Of a stretch of 64,000 nt of DNA, positions 19,222 to 28,820 are shown piece by piece. The notes beneath the pieces were generated by a model. It had not been told where the DNA came from and did no database searches. It saw only the letters and a program-made list of their open reading frames with translations. Source of the DNA: Treponema sp. (GTDB lineage: Bacteria > Spirochaetota > Spirochaetia > Treponematales > Treponemataceae); NCBI GenBank assembly GCA_017534445.1, contig JAFXWC010000064.1:14769-78768 (forward strand), written 5' to 3'. The translations under genes and the position numbers were made by a program. The stretch's first letter is position 1. Each line of letters starts with the position of its first letter.

Positions 19222-19448
19222 AGCGGGGGGCGTTACGGGGGGCTTGCCACCCGTAGAGGGGGTAGCGGAAGACACGACAAAGCGGAGCAAATGACGGAAG
19301 AGGCTTGTTTTGAAAAAAAAATGTATTTGGGTATTGGCACAGACTCTGAAACTAGTTCAGGGTGACGGTTGTTTGTTTTTAAATTTTTGCCTCTTACGGC
19401 ATTTGTGGAGCGACTCGTGGCTGTAGCGAGGGGGAGACTTCCCCCTCC
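19222..19448 (+). repeat. Composite structured element: long hairpin related to family 2, with a GTCA-type REP nested at 19342-19366
   Basis: Pairs cacga/tcgtg, caaatg/catttg and aagaggc/gcctctt; the loop contains gactctgaaactagttcagggtgac. Confidence 0.55.
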
Positions 19449-19512
19449 TTGGATGCGAGTATTAAAGGCGTGCGCTATTGCAAGTGTATGCTTTTTTCTA
19501 TAAAATAAGCGT

Positions 19513-20385
19513 ATGGAAAAATTGAAGATTTTGCTGGCTAAGGGCCGCATTTATGAATCGGTATACGAACTTTTAAGCGATGTTGGAATTTCTATTTATC
19601 TTCCGGACAGGACTTATTTTCCCATAACGAATCAGGCAGACTTGGCATTCCAGGTTGTAAAGCCACAGATTGTAAGCAACTTGCTTGCGGGCAACAAGGC
19701 AGACGTTGGCTTTAGCGGAAAGGACTGGGTTTACGAAAACGGCGTACAGGATTCAGTTGAGGAAATCATGGACTTGGGCTTTGACGGAGTGCGCATTGTT
19801 GCTGCTGTTCCCGATACGGTTGACTACGAAAAGCTTATAAAGTCTCCTGTTACGATTGCAACTGAATACCAGACTTTGAGCCGCAAATGGGTTGAAGACA
19901 AAAAGATTCAGGGAACGATTTTCCGCACCTGGGGAACGAGCGAAGGTTTTGTTCAGGATACGCCGGATTCAATCGCACAGATTTTGATAGACAACACAAG
20001 CACTGGTTCTTCCCTGCATGCAAACCACCTAAAGATTGTGGACACTCTTATGGAGTCTTCCACAAGGATGTATGCCAGCAAGGAAGCCTTGAAGGATCCG
20101 GAAAAGAAGCAGAAGATTATGGAGCTTAAGATGCTTTTCCAGACGGTTCTTAACGCAAGAAACCGCGTAATGCTAGAAATGAATGTTTCCAAGGACAAGT
20201 TTGATGCTTTGGTTAAGGGGCTTCCTTCCATGAAGAGTCCGACCGTTAGCACACTCTTTGGTGGAGACGGCTACGCTATAAAGATTGCCGTAAAGAAGAG
20301 CGAGGTTCCAACCCTTTTGCCAAAGCTGCAGAGCCTTGGTGCATGCGACATTGTGGAATATGAGCTTCGCAAAGTGATGATTTGA
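19513..20385 (+). CDS. hisG: ATP phosphoribosyltransferase, long form
   Basis: KGR, ADVGFSGKD, IATEY, STGSSL..NHL, C-terminal LPSMKSPTV regulatory domain. Confidence 0.92.
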   Translation: MEKLKILLAKGRIYESVYELLSDVGISIYLPDRTYFPITNQADLAFQVVKPQIVSNLLAGNKADVGFSGKDWVYENGVQDSVEEIMDLGFDGVRIVAAVPDTVDYEKLIKSPVTIATEYQTLSRKWVEDKKIQGTIFRTWGTSEGFVQDTPDSIAQILIDNTSTGSSLHANHLKIVDTLMESSTRMYASKEALKDPEKKQKIMELKMLFQTVLNARNRVMLEMNVSKDKFDALVKGLPSMKSPTVSTLFGGDGYAIKIAVKKSEVPTLLPKLQSLGACDIVEYELRKVMI

Positions 20386-20408
20386 TGCGGGCAAGGGGTG
20401 ATGCGGAT

Positions 20409-21029
20409 ATGGATAGAATCGCAACTGTAGAACGCAATACAAAAGAAACCCAGATAAAGCTTACGCTTAATTTGGACGGAAGCGGCAAGTATAATGTAAA
20501 GAATCCAATCGGTTTTTTTGAACACATGCTTAGTGCTTTTTGCAAGCACGGAATGTTTGACTTGAGCGGAGAAATAAGCGGTGATCTTAACGTGGACCAG
20601 CACCACTTGATAGAAGACACGGGAATTGTTCTTGGGCTTTTGTTTGCAAAGGCTTTGGGCGACTGTGCAGGCATTTACCGCTCCGGTTTTTTTGTATACC
20701 CAATGGACGAAAGTCTTTTACAGGTAAGCGTAGATTTTGGCGGTCGTCCTTTCTGCGTTTGCAATGCGGCTTTAACAGGCGTTCCCCTTGTTTCTATTTC
20801 GCCAGAGGGAAAGTCTTCTAGCTTCCAGACTGACTGTTTTGAAGACTTTTGGCAGGGCTTTGCAAACGGGGCAAAGTGCAACATCCACTTGGATACAATC
20901 CGTGGCCGTAGTGACCACCACAAGATGGAAGGGCTTTTTAAGGCTGCATCCCGCGCAATTCGTGCCGCTGTGGAAATAGACGGGCGCCGTAATGGAGATG
21001 TTCCTTCTACAAAAGGCGTGATTGTCTAA
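20409..21029 (+). CDS. hisB: Imidazoleglycerol-phosphate dehydratase
   Basis: R.TKET.I, GFFEHML, DQHH.IED, PMDE, DHHK.E, PSTKG. Confidence 0.95.
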   Translation: MDRIATVERNTKETQIKLTLNLDGSGKYNVKNPIGFFEHMLSAFCKHGMFDLSGEISGDLNVDQHHLIEDTGIVLGLLFAKALGDCAGIYRSGFFVYPMDESLLQVSVDFGGRPFCVCNAALTGVPLVSISPEGKSSSFQTDCFEDFWQGFANGAKCNIHLDTIRGRSDHHKMEGLFKAASRAIRAAVEIDGRRNGDVPSTKGVIV

Positions 21030-21034
21030 GCAAA

Positions 21035-21691
21035 TTATTTTTTGGTTTTAATTTTGCAGTATTCTTCTATACTGATTCGGTCAGTCCCATTAAGGACGCT
21101 AAGCCCTTTTTGGATGCACTGGCCTTTTTTGTCTACGTAGAGCGAGAGTATGGGCTTTAGGGCATTGAAGTCTTCCCACTGTATGGTGTCCATGTACTGT
21201 GCGTAGTTTTCCTGCATGTAGTATTCCGAGAAGGGAAAGCTTGCGGAAATGCTATCTGTGGCGTAAGGGTAAAGCATGTAGGGGTAGGTTTTTCCCTTGA
21301 TATAAATTCCTTTTGACTTACCGCTTGCCTGTTCAGAATCTTCACTTGGAAGTTCTTTTCGTATGCCGCGAACAGTCCAAAGGGAATTTGCCCCTTCTTC
21401 CATGCGGAAGTAATACCGTTCACCGTGTTTTGTGTGCTTTTGGAAGCTTTCCGAATCCAAGTTTTTTGAGCTTATGCTTTCTTCTTCAAAAGAAAGGCGT
21501 ATGTATCTTCCCTTGAATGGACTGTAGGGGTCGTATGCTTTGCATGCAAGGTTTATTATGCGTCCATTTTTTTCTGCATAGACTTTTGTCCTGTAGCTGT
21601 AGGTAAGCAAAGAGACTGCTGTTACAAGCTGAACAAAAATGGCTAAGGCTAAAGATGCAAGCCCTATTTTTTTTGTGTCCAATTTAATCAT
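21035..21691 (-). CDS. GDYXXLXY-family membrane-anchored protein
   Basis: YDPYSPFKGRYIRLSF and EYYMQE motifs; directly downstream of the DUF2157-type gene. Confidence 0.8.
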   Translation of the reverse strand: MIKLDTKKIGLASLALAIFVQLVTAVSLLTYSYRTKVYAEKNGRIINLACKAYDPYSPFKGRYIRLSFEEESISSKNLDSESFQKHTKHGERYYFRMEEGANSLWTVRGIRKELPSEDSEQASGKSKGIYIKGKTYPYMLYPYATDSISASFPFSEYYMQENYAQYMDTIQWEDFNALKPILSLYVDKKGQCIQKGLSVLNGTDRISIEEYCKIKTKK

Positions 21692-24600
21692 TTTTTGCCT
21701 CGCTTTCGCCACTGCTTGCATTAAGGCGCAAGAGGAACATATTTAGTATTAGCATAAGGATTCCAAGGACTATAAAAACTACGCCCTTTACCACAAAGCC
21801 AAAGTCATCGCTAAAGAATTTGATGATTATTGAAAGGCATGCAAGTCCACCCGCCGCATTTGCCAAGGCAAGATTTTTTGTGCGGTAGGCCTTAACGATG
21901 TAATAGCCCGAATTGACAAAGATTGTTACAAAGCTAAGCAGGATGAATATTAGGCTTACAGTTCCAGGGACCAGCTCATAGCCAAAGAGGGGAACTGTCT
22001 CGCAGATTGCAAGCAGAACAAATATTGCCAGTGCGTAAAATGCTATAAAGTAATTGCAGAAGACTTTTTGCCTGAGCTTTTGAATTGGGGGCAGCAATAC
22101 TATGGATGCAAAAAGAAGTGTGTGCAGCAGGCAGCAAATCAAATAGGGGTAATCCTTTTGCCCACAGGCGTTTATGAAAGGGAGCCGTTGGCAGCCAATT
22201 TCTATAAAGGCGGCAGCAAATATTGTTGCTGTAAAAATTGCTTCGGAAACACTTGCCAGCGGGGAATATTTTTCTTTGTCGTGGGTGTAGTAGTAGGTTA
22301 GGGCGCACAAAGGAAGCGCTATGATAATAAAGTTCCCTGCGAAGAAAAGGTAATTCTGGGCAAAGAACTGGTTTACCGCCAAGAGCAGCAGGTAGGGCAG
22401 GCAGAGGAGGCTCTTCTTTTTCTTCCACAGGTAAAGTCCGTATAAGCTTGCAAACAAAGAAAGCGCGTAGTACACAGAAGAAAAGAGCAGACTGGAATGA
22501 ACTTTGGGCTTGCCAAGAGCAAGACTGTTGCTGGCCACAAGACTTGCATCTTCTGCAGAAGACTTGTCCAAGACAAATACCATAAAGGCCATTATTGCCA
22601 TAAAGATTATTGCGTCCAATGATTCACGCCAGCGTCTGGAAAGCAGAAGCAGAACAAGAGCCGCAAGGGCATAGAAGGCATAGACCGCCATTTGGAATGG
22701 AAGTGTTTCTTTGGAAGATACGTATTTTAATATTGGTCTTGCATCCTCAAAGGCTGTTGCAATAAAGAGCATTACCAGTGCCATTCTTACAAAGAAGTAG
22801 GCCGCTTTACCTTCTGATTCGCAATGCTTTGAACGGTAGCGTCCCAGGCTTTCAAAGAGCAGAAGGAATGCAAAGGCTGCAAGAAGCGGATAGTTAAAGC
22901 TTAGGTTTGCCCAGAAATAATATGCCGCTATAAAAGCAAAGGGTGCCCAAAAGTAAACTGGGCCTGAAACCTTTTCTTTTTGATTCAGGAAGAAGACGTA
23001 TGCACATGCGGTAAATTCTATGCAGAAGAGGACAAAGCACAAAGTCTGCTCATTTATTTTTACGAATGCGTTCACAATAAAAAGCAGGAATATTGCTGCG
23101 GAAACAAATATTATGTCCAGTGAACGCCTTGCAAAAGATGCTTTTGTTATAAGGTATAAAGCCCCCGCTGCACACAAGGAGTATAGTGCAAAGTGGGATA
23201 CCGGCAGAATAAATCCCTTTGTGCTAAAATCAAGCCAGGAAGAATTGTATGCAATCAGGGCAAGGGCAATAAAGAAAAAGACGCGGACGGAAAGATAATA
23301 GAATCCAGACTTACTTACATCCTTGTCTTCTTTGCTGGCAGAAAAAACTTGGTACTGAAGGAATGCTTCAAGCAAAAGCAGAAGAACAAGAGATGCCAGT
23401 ATGAGGTTTGAAAAATTGGCAATAAAAACAGATGCCGCTAAACATACCAAAAAAGCCGCCGCCGCTGAATTCTTTGAAAAGAATACATGCACAAAAAACA
23501 AAAGCGCAAGCAGATAGACTATTGCTGTTGGTGCAAGAAAAGACGACTCCTGCATGGACCTGTTCATAAAGGCGTAGCTTACATACAAAATGGCAACAAG
23601 CAGTGCGCAGAAAGAATATGCAAGTTCAAAAGAAACCTTTTTTACTTTCTTTAGCACAGGAATTAATGGATAGGAAACAGCCGCAATGGTAAGGCCAAGA
23701 GCCAAGATGCAGTCCATTATTGAACCCAAAAGATTGTAATCGCTTCGCAAATACTTCCAGCCTATTCCTTCCCAGAATACGTTTACAGTCAAAAGCGAAA
23801 GAAGAATACAAAGACCCGCAAAGGAAAGCCGCTCTATAAACCTGTCGCCGTGGGCAATTGCGTATTCAAGACACAGCACCGCAAAAGAAACTCCGCAAAC
23901 AATCCAAAGACCCGGAATTCCTTTTTCCAGAACAAAGCAAAGCATTAAAGCCGCCAAGCAAAGCATTATGCGAAGACCGTATTTTTTTTGCCGTGCAAAT
24001 GGGAAGATGGCCGCAAACAAAAGGTAGAATCCAAACGCCCCACCGCCAGCGCTATTGTAAGAAAGGGCATAGGCTACAGATTGGGCAAGCGCAAAAAAGA
24101 AAACCCCGGTGGAATTCATTGCATACATTATTAATATGGAAGAAATTGACCACACAAAGAAAAAGCCGCTTGTGTTTCCTGGCAGACGGCATATTTGCGA
24201 GATAAAGGCAACGGCTCCTCCAAATAGCAGGGACCAAAGAACAGCGCCGCCTTCTCTCCAGTGCTTTTTGCAAATCAAATTTTTCTTAAAAAATACAAAG
24301 CAGCCCAAAGCCTGAACAGCAAGAAGCATTACAAATGCCGCAACTGCTTTTGCAAAGCGGGGAATGGCATTCCAGTTGTAGGCAATGAGCGAAATGACTC
24401 CCGCCGCAATAAGTATTGATGCCATTACGCTTAGAACAACGGGAATCTGTTCCGTGGTAAGGGCAGGAATAGTTGGCGCAGACTTTTTGTTTCTTTCGTT
24501 GATTAGTTTGTATATGTTATCGCCATCTTTCTTTTTGCCCGCAGCGGTAACAGATTCTTTTGCGGATGGGGCCTCTTCTTCCACCGCATTGCTTTGCGCA

Positions 24601-24728
24601 GGTGTAGCAGAAGATTCCGCATTTTTGTAGTAGTCAGAAATCTTTGTGGAGACTTCGCTTGAGACAACGCCTTTTTCTACTAAGACTTTCAGTTCGCCCA
24701 AAAGCCAGTCTACATGAACTTTTTCCAT
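21684..24728 (-). CDS. DUF2157-domain polytopic membrane protein
   Basis: WL..EL..LVEKGVVS; AGVISLIAYNW..IPR.AK; GA...ISQI; more than 20 hydrophobic segments. Confidence 0.8.
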   Translation of the reverse strand: MEKVHVDWLLGELKVLVEKGVVSSEVSTKISDYYKNAESSATPAQSNAVEEEAPSAKESVTAAGKKKDGDNIYKLINERNKKSAPTIPALTTEQIPVVLSVMASILIAAGVISLIAYNWNAIPRFAKAVAAFVMLLAVQALGCFVFFKKNLICKKHWREGGAVLWSLLFGGAVAFISQICRLPGNTSGFFFVWSISSILIMYAMNSTGVFFFALAQSVAYALSYNSAGGGAFGFYLLFAAIFPFARQKKYGLRIMLCLAALMLCFVLEKGIPGLWIVCGVSFAVLCLEYAIAHGDRFIERLSFAGLCILLSLLTVNVFWEGIGWKYLRSDYNLLGSIMDCILALGLTIAAVSYPLIPVLKKVKKVSFELAYSFCALLVAILYVSYAFMNRSMQESSFLAPTAIVYLLALLFFVHVFFSKNSAAAAFLVCLAASVFIANFSNLILASLVLLLLLEAFLQYQVFSASKEDKDVSKSGFYYLSVRVFFFIALALIAYNSSWLDFSTKGFILPVSHFALYSLCAAGALYLITKASFARRSLDIIFVSAAIFLLFIVNAFVKINEQTLCFVLFCIEFTACAYVFFLNQKEKVSGPVYFWAPFAFIAAYYFWANLSFNYPLLAAFAFLLLFESLGRYRSKHCESEGKAAYFFVRMALVMLFIATAFEDARPILKYVSSKETLPFQMAVYAFYALAALVLLLLSRRWRESLDAIIFMAIMAFMVFVLDKSSAEDASLVASNSLALGKPKVHSSLLFSSVYYALSLFASLYGLYLWKKKKSLLCLPYLLLLAVNQFFAQNYLFFAGNFIIIALPLCALTYYYTHDKEKYSPLASVSEAIFTATIFAAAFIEIGCQRLPFINACGQKDYPYLICCLLHTLLFASIVLLPPIQKLRQKVFCNYFIAFYALAIFVLLAICETVPLFGYELVPGTVSLIFILLSFVTIFVNSGYYIVKAYRTKNLALANAAGGLACLSIIIKFFSDDFGFVVKGVVFIVLGILMLILNMFLLRLNASSGESEAKND

Positions 24729-24835
24729 AGTTTAAACTATAGCATGATGTCTTTCTTTTGGAAAGGGCATTTTTCTTGAATAGTTTTCTGGAGCGTATTG
24801 CTTTTTTTACTGCCCCTTCGGGATGCCTCGTGTTA

Positions 24836-24907
24836 CGGGCTTTTCGGGGCTTGCCCTCGCGGCCGGTGCTACGCACGCACTTCGTGCCCCCTACAATCCC
24901 GGCTAGG
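24836..24907 (-). repeat. Repeat family 1, copy D
   Basis: Reverse complement: CCTAGCCGGG-ATTGT-AGGGG-GCAC(GAA)GTGC-GTGC(GTA)GCAC...CCCC-GAAAAG-CCCG. Confidence 0.75.
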
Positions 24908-24949
24908 ATTTCTTTGCTTTAGGATTTGTTCAAGAAAGAATTCTTTTGT

Positions 24950-25735
24950 TCAGAGGCAATGTTTTTCTATCCACTTTGCAAGACCGTCGTTTTCGTTGGA
25001 AGGGCAAATTTCATCTGCAATGTCCTTTACCTGTTGAATGGCATTTTCCATGGCAATGCCTTTTCCGCACAGCTTTAGCATTCCAATGTCGTTAAAGTCG
25101 TCACCAAAGGCAACCATATTTTCGGTTGGAATTTTTAGCGCTTTGCTTACCGCAAGAATTGCCTTTTCCTTTGTGGCGTTTTTGTTTGTTAGCTTGTACC
25201 AGGGAATGTCGGAGAAGGGAAGGTAGTCTACGTTTTCTATTCCTATGGAACTTGCAATTTTTTCCACGGCATTTTTATCCTGTGTTTGGATGCAAACCTT
25301 CATTGCGGCTTCATGGAAATTTTTAAAGTCAACTTTTGTCCAGAATTTGTCGCCAAAGTCATCTTCGCCTGCATTTGAATAAAGGCCCTTTTCGTTGTCT
25401 ATAGAAATTATGGTTTCTTTGCCAAGCACTTGGAAAGTCTTTTCTATTAAGGTCTGCGTCTCTTCTTTTGTAAACTCAGAGTCGTAAATCTTTTCTTGGC
25501 TTCCGTCTTTTGTGCGGTGGAATGCAAGAGCGCCGCCGTTTGAAATTACAAGGTCGGGATTTATTCCGTCAAGAAATTTAACCGCATTCACCAGTGCGCG
25601 CGAAGTTGAAATGCCAAAGAGTATTCCTCTTTCTTGCGCCTTAATGATTGTCTCTTTTGTGTGATTAGAAACCGATTTGTCGTTGCGGAAAAGTGTTCCG
25701 TCCAAGTCTGAAAGAATTAATGATATGTGTTCCAT
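24950..25735 (-). CDS. Cof-type HAD-IIB hydrolase
   Basis: SDLDGTL, K..A, AFGDDFND..ML, AMENA. Confidence 0.93.
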   Translation of the reverse strand: MEHISLILSDLDGTLFRNDKSVSNHTKETIIKAQERGILFGISTSRALVNAVKFLDGINPDLVISNGGALAFHRTKDGSQEKIYDSEFTKEETQTLIEKTFQVLGKETIISIDNEKGLYSNAGEDDFGDKFWTKVDFKNFHEAAMKVCIQTQDKNAVEKIASSIGIENVDYLPFSDIPWYKLTNKNATKEKAILAVSKALKIPTENMVAFGDDFNDIGMLKLCGKGIAMENAIQQVKDIADEICPSNENDGLAKWIEKHCL

Positions 25736-25783
25736 AAATGATTATGGAAGAATTGTTTGCTTTAGTCAATACATTAGCAAACA

Positions 25784-25955
25784 GGAAATCTGTTTTATGT
25801 TCCGCTCCCAGTCAAAGCCGTCTGAGAAACCCGCGGTGTCGCGGAATAGGAAATTAAACTCGCTTCGCGGCTTGAAGCTACGCTGCCGGGTACGTTCCGC
25901 TCCAATGCGGGTTTTCAGCCGTCTTTGACTTCCGCTGCACATAAAACTGATTTCC
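25784..25955 (-). repeat. Long interrupted hairpin, repeat family 2
   Basis: Nested stems ggaaatc/gatttcc, ttttatg/cataaaa, gtcaaag/ctttgac and aaacccgc/gcgggttt. Confidence 0.65.
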
Positions 25956-25974
25956 AGTTGTGTTGCATAAGGGA

Positions 25975-26493
25975 TTACCAGGATGATTCTGATTCTATGT
26001 TTGTTTTTATTGCAGAACAGATGTTTTCAAAATGGCTTTCCAATTCTTTTTGAACAATTTCATAAGATGCCGTGTAGTGGGTTTCTGCATTTTTGTTCAT
26101 TAATGCACCTACCCAGCCGCCCCAGAAGGCTCCCTTTTTGGATTTATCCATATAGAAAACTGTTGATTCCATTAGGACGCGAACCTTTCCGTCTTTTGTT
26201 GAAATTGAAACAAAAAGAGGAATGCGGTAGTTGACCATTTTCTTTGTAAAGTCGTACATGTACTTTCCGGTAAGCTGGCATGTGTTTGCGTCAGAAGATT
26301 CCTTCTGGACTTCTGGATAGTTGAAGACCCTTGAAAATGAGCTGTCAACAGAGGAATAAAGCGATTTCTGGCTTTTGCCGGAAAATTCAATTACTTTTTC
26401 ATAGCGCACAACGTCTTTTACTTTGTCGCTTGATGCGCATGATGAAAAACCGAATGCAAGAGCGATGATAAGCATAAAAGCAAATCTTTTCAT
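25975..26493 (-). CDS. Lipoprotein, DUF4468-like
   Basis: Lipobox FSSC; YEKVIE..GKS...LY...KDGK.R pattern. Confidence 0.65.
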   Translation of the reverse strand: MKRFAFMLIIALAFGFSSCASSDKVKDVVRYEKVIEFSGKSQKSLYSSVDSSFSRVFNYPEVQKESSDANTCQLTGKYMYDFTKKMVNYRIPLFVSISTKDGKVRVLMESTVFYMDKSKKGAFWGGWVGALMNKNAETHYTASYEIVQKELESHFENICSAIKTNIESESSW

Positions 26494-26629
26494 ACAAAAA
26501 CCTCGAAAAAATTTAATTGTATAGGCTGAATTGATATAATTTCTGCCTATATAGATTATGTGATTTTATCAAATCTGCCTATAGAATTCAAGTAAAATTT
26601 AATCTTATAGGCATAAAGGTAAGCTGCGG

Positions 26630-26950
26630 ATGGATTACATAAAAATCGGTCAGAGGATAAGGGATTTCCGCAAAGAGAAAAAAATGTCTCAGGAACAGCT
26701 GGCTGAACAAATTGGAATTTCACCCACTCACATGAGTCATATTGAAACTGGAAGCACAAAATTGAGTTTGCCGGTTCTGGTAAAATTGTCGCAGTCTCTA
26801 AAAGTAAAAACCGACAGACTGCTTTTTGATGCACCCCAAGTTGACTGTAGCGGGATTATGGCTCTTCTTTCGGACTGTTCTGAAGAACAAATTGGCATTA
26901 TGGAATCCATTATTGCCGCTGCAAAAAAATCTACGGATAAATATTTTTAA
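26630..26950 (+). CDS. XRE-family HTH regulator
   Basis: IGQRIR..RK...MSQEQLAE.IGIS..HMS.IE.G. Confidence 0.92.
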   Translation: MDYIKIGQRIRDFRKEKKMSQEQLAEQIGISPTHMSHIETGSTKLSLPVLVKLSQSLKVKTDRLLFDAPQVDCSGIMALLSDCSEEQIGIMESIIAAAKKSTDKYF

Positions 26951-27046
26951 AAACTTTTTATACGGCGGCTTGTCCTGCTTTTTTTTGCAAGATTCTATAT
27001 TTTTTATGGAGTTTATGATATAATTATAGCAAAGAAGGGGGTCAAT

Positions 27047-27259
27047 ATGCCTTATGCAGTTTTAGAAAAGGAAATCGAAACGCTTCCTCATGCCGCTATA
27101 AGTGAAGTAATTGATTTTATCCGCTTGATAAAGTTGAAGTTCCCCGAGGAAAATACTGTTCCTGAAAAGAAATCAATGTATGGCGTTTGGAAGAATGAGC
27201 CGTTTTATATGTCTCCAGATTTTGACGAACCTCTCGAAGATTTTGCGGAGTACATGTAA
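27047..27259 (+). CDS. Antitoxin, DUF2281-like VapB
   Basis: LP.....EV.DFI and MSPDFDEPLEDF.EYM; TAATG coupling to the PIN gene. Confidence 0.85.
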   Translation: MPYAVLEKEIETLPHAAISEVIDFIRLIKLKFPEENTVPEKKSMYGVWKNEPFYMSPDFDEPLEDFAEYM

Positions 27260-27648
27260 TGAAATGTCTTCTTGATACTCATACAATTCTCTGGTATTTG
27301 TTCGGGGATTCCCGATTGTCAGAAAGTGCAAAAGACATAATTGAATCAAATATTTGTTTTTACAGCTATGCTTCATTCTGGGAAATTTCTATAAAGCAAA
27401 GCAAGAAAAAATTGGAAATTACCCACTCGGTATATGAAATTGACGAAATGTGCAGACAGGCCGGATTCAGAAAACTTCCGGTTTCGCTTGATGACTTAAA
27501 CCGAGTCCGAAATTTGCCTTTCCTAGAAGATGTAAAGCATAATGACCCATTTGATAGAATTTTAATTTCACAGGCAATAGAAAACGATTTGACAATCGTA
27601 ACGACTGACGGAAATATTCCCTTGTATGATGTAAAAACTATTTGGTAA
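27259..27648 (+). CDS. vapC: VapC PIN-domain toxin
   Basis: LLDTH..LW, SFWEISIK, H.DPFDRILISQA, VT.D. Confidence 0.92.
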   Translation: MKCLLDTHTILWYLFGDSRLSESAKDIIESNICFYSYASFWEISIKQSKKKLEITHSVYEIDEMCRQAGFRKLPVSLDDLNRVRNLPFLEDVKHNDPFDRILISQAIENDLTIVTTDGNIPLYDVKTIW

Positions 27649-27666
27649 TAGACAGAGCAAAAACAA

Positions 27667-27776
27667 CCTACGCCACCGTGGAGGGGCGGGCTTTGCCCGT
27701 TGCCGTAGGCAATGGAGCCGAAGGGCGGAACCCCGGAAGGGTGGTGACGCAAAGCCGGGGGTGAGGACACCCCCGG
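27667..27776 (+). repeat. Repeat family 1, copy E, plus 3' hairpin
   Basis: CCTACGCCACC-GTGG-AGGGG...CCCC-GGAAG-GGTGG, then ccgggggtg/cacccccgg. Confidence 0.75.
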
Positions 27777-27848
27777 TGCTTGTCGAGTTAGTCAATTAAT
27801 GAATGGTAGAGCCTATAAAAGCACCGTCCAAATTCAAAAGATGAAAGG

Positions 27849-28820
27849 CTATTTTTCCATGCCGTCCATGGTGATGATGTTGCCGTTGGAGTCAAAGTTG
27901 AGTTCGCGGAATTTTACGTTGCGCTTTTGGTTTATGCCGCCGGAGCGTTCGCAGTCGTGGTAGAAGAGGTACCACTTTCCGTTGTACTGCATGATGGAGT
28001 GGTGGGTTGTCCAGCCAAGTACGGGGGTGAGGATTTTGCCGCCGTAGGTATAGGGGCCGTATACGTTCTTTGATGTTGAGTAGCAAAGAAGGTGGGTTGT
28101 TCCTGTTGAGTAGGTGAAGTAGTAGGTGTCGCCTTTTTTAAAGAGCCAGGGGTCTTCAAAGTAGCGGCGCTCTTCGTCTCCTCCGGTGAGTGGCTTTCCG
28201 TTTTCGTCAAGGATTACGAGGTCGCGGGGTTCTTCGGAGAGTTCTTTCATGTTGTCTTTCATTAGGGCAATTTTTGGGGTGCAGGCAAGTTCTTCGCCTT
28301 TGGGTTCCTTGTTGTCTTTGCTCCATTTGTTGTTGCGGTACTGGTCAAGCTGGCCGCCCCAGATTCCGCCGAAGGTGAGGTAGTATTTGTTGTCTGTGTC
28401 CTGGAAGAGGCAGGGGTCTATTGAGTAGGTTCCCTGGATGTAGTTGTCTTCTGGTTTGAATGGGCCCTGGGGTTTGTCGCCGATTGCCATTCCTATGCGG
28501 AACATTCCCTCTTTGTCGCGGGCGGGGAATACAAAGTAATATTTTCCGTCTTTTTCTGCGCAGTCTGGTGCCCAAAGCTGCTTGCTTGCCCACTTTATGT
28601 CTTCCAGTTTAAGGACGCAGCCGCAGTCTTTTGGCAAGGTGTTTTCGTCCTGCATTTCGTAGACGTGGTAGTCTTTCATGTTGTACTGGTCGCCGTTGTC
28701 GTTGTTTTCTACGTCTTCATCTTCGTCGTGGGAAGGGTAGATGTAGATTTTTCCGTTGAAGGCGTGGGCAGATGGGTCTGCTGTGTAAAGGTCGTTTACC
28801 AGGGGTTTTTTCTGAATCAT
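27849..28820 (-). CDS. GH43 beta-xylosidase/arabinofuranosidase, cytoplasmic
   Basis: TADPSAH, LWAPD, SIDP, WGGQL, YFED, WTTHHS. Confidence 0.92.
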   Translation of the reverse strand: MIQKKPLVNDLYTADPSAHAFNGKIYIYPSHDEDEDVENNDNGDQYNMKDYHVYEMQDENTLPKDCGCVLKLEDIKWASKQLWAPDCAEKDGKYYFVFPARDKEGMFRIGMAIGDKPQGPFKPEDNYIQGTYSIDPCLFQDTDNKYYLTFGGIWGGQLDQYRNNKWSKDNKEPKGEELACTPKIALMKDNMKELSEEPRDLVILDENGKPLTGGDEERRYFEDPWLFKKGDTYYFTYSTGTTHLLCYSTSKNVYGPYTYGGKILTPVLGWTTHHSIMQYNGKWYLFYHDCERSGGINQKRNVKFRELNFDSNGNIITMDGMEK

